Below are positions 5,501 to 9,735 of a DNA stretch of 9,735 nucleotides, one piece after another. The notes under the pieces are model-generated. The model saw only the letters and a program-made list of their open reading frames with translations, was not told the origin of the DNA and searched no databases. The translations under genes were made by a program, and so were the position numbers. Source of the DNA: Nanopusillaceae archaeon (lineage in GTDB: Archaea > Nanobdellota > Nanobdellia > Nanobdellales > Nanobdellaceae); assembly GCA_049973735.1 (NCBI GenBank), contig JBMFJL010000015.1:1-9735 (forward strand). The letters run 5' to 3'. Position 1 is the first letter of the stretch. Every line of letters begins with the position of its first letter.

Positions 5501-5631
5501 ACTGTTTTTTGTTTTTCTTTAGCTATTTTCTTTCTCAAATCTCTAATTGCTTTTGTGTTGCTTCCCATATTTTTCTTTCTTGCTAGGCTTCTATGTTTTA
5601 TCAATTCGATTACATTCTCAACCAAAGCCAT
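5497..5631 (-). CDS. short uL29-like protein (44 aa), not in the supplied ORF track
   Basis: My own minus-strand translation of the 151-bp kae1-sui1 gap gives ATG at 5631..5629, then MALVENVIELIKHRSLARKKNMGSNTKAIRDLRKKIAKEKQKTV, then TGA at 5499..5497. That stop overlaps the sui1 ATG (5500..5498) as ATGA. An in-frame stop lies upstream at 5658..5656. The C-terminal half (G-S-N-T-K-A-I-R-D-L-R-K-K-I-A-K) resembles the conserved uL29 helix (compare H. marismortui ...ENPGRIKELRKAIARIKT and E. coli ...LLKQVRRDVARVKT, from memory). L29-SUI1-Rpp29 is the conserved archaeal gene order. Confidence 0.5.
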   Translation of the reverse strand: MALVENVIELIKHRSLARKKNMGSNTKAIRDLRKKIAKEKQKTV

Positions 5632-5651
5632 TATAAAAGAATATATTATCT

Positions 5652-6866
5652 TTATTTATTTAAAGCTTTATACTCAATATCTTCGGGTCTCCAGTATGGA
5701 TTAATTCCATCGATCAAATTCATTTCATTTTTATACCATAATATACCAGTCCAAGCAATCATTGCACCATTATCATTACCAAGATCTAATGGAACTGTTC
5801 CAAATGAAACTTTTCTTTCTCTACACATGTCTATGAGTATTTTCTGTAATCTCTTATTTACAGCAACACCTCCAGTTAATCCAAATTCTTTTTTATTCAA
5901 TAATGCTAATGCTCTTTCAGATATTTCTGCCAGCATAGAAAATACATATTCTTGTATAGAATATGCTAAATCTTCTTTTGAAATATTATTATTATTTTTT
6001 ATTAAATTTTTAATATAATTATACATTCCTCCAAATTGTACATCCATTCCTTTAACATTATAAGGCAATTTAATTAAGTTTTTACCGTTTTTTGCCAATT
6101 CTTCTATTTTTGGTCCTGCTGGAAAACCCAAATTCATAAGTCTTCCGACTTTATCTAAAAAGTTACCTACCCCTATATCTAAGGTTTCTCCAATAATCCT
6201 ATATTTTCCACCTTCAAACGATAAAAGCATTGTATTAGCCCCAGAAACCAATAAAACCAAAGGATCTTTAAAATTATTGTATAATTTTACTATTTCAATA
6301 TGGGCTATAAGGTGATTCACTCCGATAAGATCTGCATTAAATTTTTTTGAAAATAATTTTCCAGTAAAATATCCTTGTACTAATGTAGGATATAAACCAG
6401 GACCGGCAGAATATGAGACCAAGTTTATATATCTTTCAAACTCATTTAACTCATTTATATATTTATTAAAGCTATCTTCGAGTTTACTATCGTTAGATAC
6501 AACTTTATTATTCTCTATTTTTATTTCTATTCCATTTTCCAATAATAAATATCTATATCTATTCCATGGCTCTTCATGAAATCTTTCTGATACGTTCCCC
6601 GCTAATTTGTTTTTTATTTCATATAAAGCATCTACAATGAAATACTTTCCACCTATTCTTTTAAAAATAAATCCTGCTTTCCATACAGCATTTTTTAAAA
6701 CATTAATGGCCTCTTTAGAATGTAATTCAGAGCTTTCTCTAGGATGTATTCCTCCCTTTTCGCTTTTATAAATTACCCTTTCATTTGAATATATTCTACC
6801 ATTTTCATCTACTATTGAAATAGAATATGTATGTGCTGTAGATTCAATTCCCAAAGATAAAATCAT
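5652..6866 (-). CDS. kae1: tRNA N6-adenosine threonylcarbamoyltransferase Kae1 (KEOPS catalytic subunit) carrying a ~75-aa insertion
   Basis: 404 aa. It is collinear with archaeal Kae1, with these blocks present: LGIESTAH, GGIHPRE, SAGPGL, GVNHLIAHIE (His-x3-His metal site), VSGANT, GETLDIGVGN, PAGPKIEELA, LPYNVKGMD, SIQEYVFSML, LTGGVAVN and GNDNGAMIAW. There is no Bud32 fusion. Its ATG overlaps the rps6e stop as ATGA (6866..6863). Confidence 0.9.
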   Translation of the reverse strand: MILSLGIESTAHTYSISIVDENGRIYSNERVIYKSEKGGIHPRESSELHSKEAINVLKNAVWKAGFIFKRIGGKYFIVDALYEIKNKLAGNVSERFHEEPWNRYRYLLLENGIEIKIENNKVVSNDSKLEDSFNKYINELNEFERYINLVSYSAGPGLYPTLVQGYFTGKLFSKKFNADLIGVNHLIAHIEIVKLYNNFKDPLVLLVSGANTMLLSFEGGKYRIIGETLDIGVGNFLDKVGRLMNLGFPAGPKIEELAKNGKNLIKLPYNVKGMDVQFGGMYNYIKNLIKNNNNISKEDLAYSIQEYVFSMLAEISERALALLNKKEFGLTGGVAVNKRLQKILIDMCRERKVSFGTVPLDLGNDNGAMIAWTGILWYKNEMNLIDGINPYWRPEDIEYKALNK

Positions 6867-7270
6867 TGATTAGCGTTCTTTTGTTTATTATTTCTAAATT
6901 CTTCGTATAAAGAATTAAAATCTTTTTCTCCAAATTTTTCTATTACGGTATTTATCTGTACAATTTCTGGAGATATAGTATTACCTCTGACCAATTTTTT
7001 TATTCTAACTTTTTTATTTTTATTCCACCAAACATATTTTTTAACCATCCCTTCTACATATTTTACCATTGGTGCTCCTTCAAAACCAGAACCACCAGTT
7101 ATTTTAAGTTTATATCCAATTAGACTATCAGATACTATAGAGCCATCTATAATATCTCCAATTTTTTTGCCTATTAGAGCTTCATTCTTGGTATCTATCT
7201 GTATAGATTTCCCACTATTCCTGTCCGATACAATAACCTTAAATATTATTTCTTTCCTTTTATTAGCCAT
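6863..7270 (-). CDS. rps6e: 30S ribosomal protein S6e (eS6)
   Basis: 135 aa. The blocks FKVIVSD..SGKS, ALIGKKIGDIIDGS, GYKLKITGGSGFEGAPM and VRGNTISPEIVQINTVI match the archaeal S6e pattern (KLVISDP.tGka....AliGkkIGdeidG...GL.GYkLkITGGsD.dGFPM...vRGntIs.ei.QiN.v). Confidence 0.9.
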   Translation of the reverse strand: MANKRKEIIFKVIVSDRNSGKSIQIDTKNEALIGKKIGDIIDGSIVSDSLIGYKLKITGGSGFEGAPMVKYVEGMVKKYVWWNKNKKVRIKKLVRGNTISPEIVQINTVIEKFGEKDFNSLYEEFRNNKQKNANQ

Positions 7271-7325
7271 TTTAATTTTTATTGTAAAAATATTTTTAAT
7301 CCTTAAATAACTTTTATATATTGCG

Positions 7326-7820
7326 ATGTCTCTCTATGATATAATGAAGGAAATACTACATTTAGATCAACATAAAGACTTTCCAAGAAAATTTTATGGG
7401 ATAATAACTAGTACGAAAAACAAATATACTATAAATGTTTTAGACTTTGATTCAAATATAGAGACTGTTTTATTAAGCAAAATAAATAATTATTTTTATT
7501 TTGGTGTTATACCGCAAACTTATTTTAACGGATTTCCGCTATATTTTATTTTTTATACCGATTATGAATTTGATTTATTTAATAAAGTAGAATTATCACC
7601 CTTATATTATTTAAAGATGCTTATAGGAGATTTATCTATAAATTTAGTAATTTCTAAAAGCGAGAAAGATATTATCGGACTAAATAAAGATCAATATAAA
7701 GAAATAATTAAAGATATATTTAATCCTGAAGATTTAATAATCTTATCAAATCCCGAAAATATTTTGGAAAAGGCAAATACAGATTATCATAAAAAATTTA
7801 TTAAGGTTTATAAATCATAG
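7326..7820 (+). CDS. hypothetical protein, 164 aa, aromatic-rich core
   Basis: 164-codon open frame, with an opposing gene only over its last 6 nt. The central segment NNYFYFGVIPQTYFNGFPLYFIFYTDYEFDLF...LYYL is strikingly Tyr/Phe-rich. I recognise no domain. It ends with TAG and overlaps the convergent infB stop. Confidence 0.55.
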   Translation: MSLYDIMKEILHLDQHKDFPRKFYGIITSTKNKYTINVLDFDSNIETVLLSKINNYFYFGVIPQTYFNGFPLYFIFYTDYEFDLFNKVELSPLYYLKMLIGDLSINLVISKSEKDIIGLNKDQYKEIIKDIFNPEDLIILSNPENILEKANTDYHKKFIKVYKS

Positions 7821-9590
7821 ACCCCAAGAAGGATTATTTTTTCTCATTATATTTGCAATTTCCTTTAAAATATTCTTTTGTTCTTCTGTTAATAAATCCT
7901 TATATTGTTTAAATATTCTATAATCATTTTCAGTTATAAAAGTATATAAGATATCTTTTTCAAATAAATTTCTACCAACTACAGCATCATCTATGGAAAT
8001 TGCAACTTTATCTCCCTTAACAGCCTCTTCTATATTCTTCTTCTCTTTTTGTATTGCCATGATCTTTCCAATAATCTTACCATCTTGATTTATCAGATAA
8101 CTTCCTCTTACAATTTTACCTTCTAGTACTTCTATTCCTACAATGGCAGGATTTGATCTTCTAAAAATATTTCCTTCCAATACCATTATTTTACCAACAG
8201 CTGGTAAATTCTCTAATATCTTTGATTTATTATATTTAATTTCATTAACGTAGTTCTCCAATTTTTCAACTAGATCATATATTACATTAGATAGAATTAT
8301 TTTTACTCCAGAACTTTTAGCATATTCTTCGGCATTTTTTTCTATACTAACATTAAAGCCAATTATAGTAGCATACTCTGGATGTTTTTCTTTCATAGAA
8401 AGGGCCAGATCTATATCCTCCTTATTTATATTTCCAATATCTGCTTTTCTTACAGGAATATTTTTTTCTTTCAACATTTTTATAAGAACTTCTAAAGTTC
8501 CTAATGTATCAGATTTTGTTATAATTCCCTCATTATTTCTTTCAAATATTAATTCTTGAATATCAGCTTTTAGTTTATTTTTTATTTCTTCTAATTCTTT
8601 TTCATTCTTATACACATATATGGTAGATCCTGGTAATGCATCTTCAAGACCAGAGGCTACGATTCTTATTCCAGCAGCAGCATTTACTTCTTCTACTTCT
8701 ATAAATTTTCCTTTTGCAAATCTAATATCTACTAGAGAGGCGGGTCTTAAAATAGATTTAACCTTTGTGGTTTTTACACCATTTTTAGTTATAAAAGCAA
8801 TTTTATCATCCTTCTTTATTTTACCATTGTATAGTATTATATCTATTACATTTCCTAATCCTTTTTCTTCTTTTCTTTCCAATATCACACCAATACCATT
8901 TTCTTCCAAATTTATTTTTAATTTGTCTTCTAAAAATTTTTGGGCTAGTCCAGCAATAATTAGTAATAAATCTGGAATTCCTTCTCCGGTTTTTGAAGAT
9001 ACAGGTACTATGGCTACTTGTCTTCTAAAATCTCTCACTCTATCATACCTTTCAGAATCAAATCCCAGATTATATAATTCTGTAACAATTTTATATACAT
9101 ATTCGTCTAATTTATACATAACTTTTTGATCCTGATGTTTAATTGTTTCTAAAAATGGAAAATCTTTATTAATTTTCCATCCATCAATTTTATCTATTTT
9201 ATTCAAAGCTATCAAAAATGGAACTTTTAATTGTTTACATATTTCTATTGCTTCATAAGTTTGTTTTTGAAATCCTTCTAAAATATCTACAACAACTATT
9301 GCAAAATCGGAGACTGATCCACCCCTTCTCCTTAAATTGCTAAATGCTTCATGACCTGGAGTATCTATAAATAGTAAAGAAGGTATTTTAAGATCAAACT
9401 TAAATATGTTTAAAAGAGGTTTAGCTATATTTTTTATTACCTCTGTTGGAACTTCTGTAGCCCCAATATGTTGCGTCATTTGGCCAGCTTCCTTGCTAGC
9501 AAAAGATGTATTTCTAATTTTATCTAATAATGATGTTTTTCCAGCACCTACATGACCAAGTACAACAATTATCGGAGATCTGATCGCCAT
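7815..9590 (-). CDS. infB: translation initiation factor aIF5B (archaeal IF-2 homolog), 591 aa
   Basis: The N-terminus [45 protein letters not shown] aligns with the canonical aIF5B start [43 protein letters not shown]. The G3 motif DTPGHEAF and G4 motif NKID are present. Length and C-terminal domain layout fit aIF5B, and there is no intein. Confidence 0.93.
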   Translation of the reverse strand: [591 protein letters not shown]

Positions 9591-9735
9591 TAATATATTA
9601 TATTGAAAAATAAATTAATAAGATGAGGAATATAAAGAGTATATCTCCACAGAATATTTATAAGTTAAGAAATAAAGTCAATATAATCAGATAATTTTAA
9701 GACATCAATTAATTAGAAAAATAAAATTAAAATCT

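Noticed and set aside
5593-6018. A 141-aa plus-strand ORF antisense to the kae1 3' end.
   Set aside because: It has the same relative antisense frame as the other shadows (sense codon low coordinate = 0 mod 3, ORF start = 1 mod 3). It has a low-complexity hydrophobic translation and no motifs. It is fully explained by the strongly supported kae1 and uL29-like genes on the other strand.
6444-6674. The Kae1 insertion considered as a mini-intein.
   Set aside because: The insert is only ~75 aa. It has no Cys/Ser/Thr nucleophile at the N-terminal junction, no terminal His-Asn followed by Cys/Ser/Thr, and no recognisable intein blocks. I treat it as a true insertion, not a splicing element.
8620-9129. 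A 169-aa plus-strand ORF antisense to infB.
   Set aside because: Again it has the identical relative antisense frame and an S/F/I/L/P-rich nonsense-like translation. infB on the opposite strand is unambiguous.
9623-9694. A 23-codon plus-strand ORF (MRNIKSISPQNIYKLRNKVNIIR) in the 145-bp region upstream of infB.
   Set aside because: It is too short, has no recognisable similarity or coupling signal, and lies in what is most simply the infB promoter region. There is nothing to support it.
1-9735. A scan for CRISPR arrays, tandem or inverted repeat families, additional G+C-rich structured-RNA islands, and stop-codon reassignment.
   Set aside because: No spaced direct repeats or long inverted repeats were seen, only short A/T homopolymer and TA-dinucleotide runs. 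The tRNA is the only G+C-rich island outside coding sequence. TAA, TAG and TGA are all used as terminators of well-supported genes, so the standard code applies.

Overview
This is a very AT-rich, extremely gene-dense archaeal chromosome segment. By inference only, it looks like a thermophilic, reduced-genome lineage such as DPANN/Nanoarchaeota. I support 14 protein-coding genes and one tRNA. Thirteen CDSs come from the ORF track (one of them trimmed), and one is a 44-codon ORF the track does not list. Most content is informational housekeeping. A co-directional minus-strand run spans 7270 down to 3145: rps6e, kae1, a short uL29-like ORF, sui1/aIF1, rnp1 (Rpp29), a type IV pilin-like gene and enolase. 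aIF5B lies further upstream on the same strand. The left part holds an orphan ORF, a UPF0282-type MBL hydrolase whose 3' end runs into an antisense tRNA-Asn(GUU), a second orphan, an AGOG-type 8-oxoG DNA glycosylase and a DUF357-like small protein. Intergenic space is minimal: there are ATGA start/stop overlaps, three convergent CDS-CDS overlaps and a 28-bp divergent spacer. I see no CRISPR array, transposase/integrase, repeat family or recognisable defence, toxin or secretion system, and I cannot honestly point to a clear novel multi-gene system. The items most worth a second look are: the unlisted truncated uL29-like ORF sitting in the conserved L29-SUI1-Rpp29 position; a ~75-residue insertion in Kae1; an aIF5B P-loop that reads GHVGAGKT instead of the near-invariant GHVDHGKT; a solitary pilin-like gene wedged among housekeeping genes; and three orphan proteins. 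All homology statements come from reading the translations against remembered family motifs. No searches were run.
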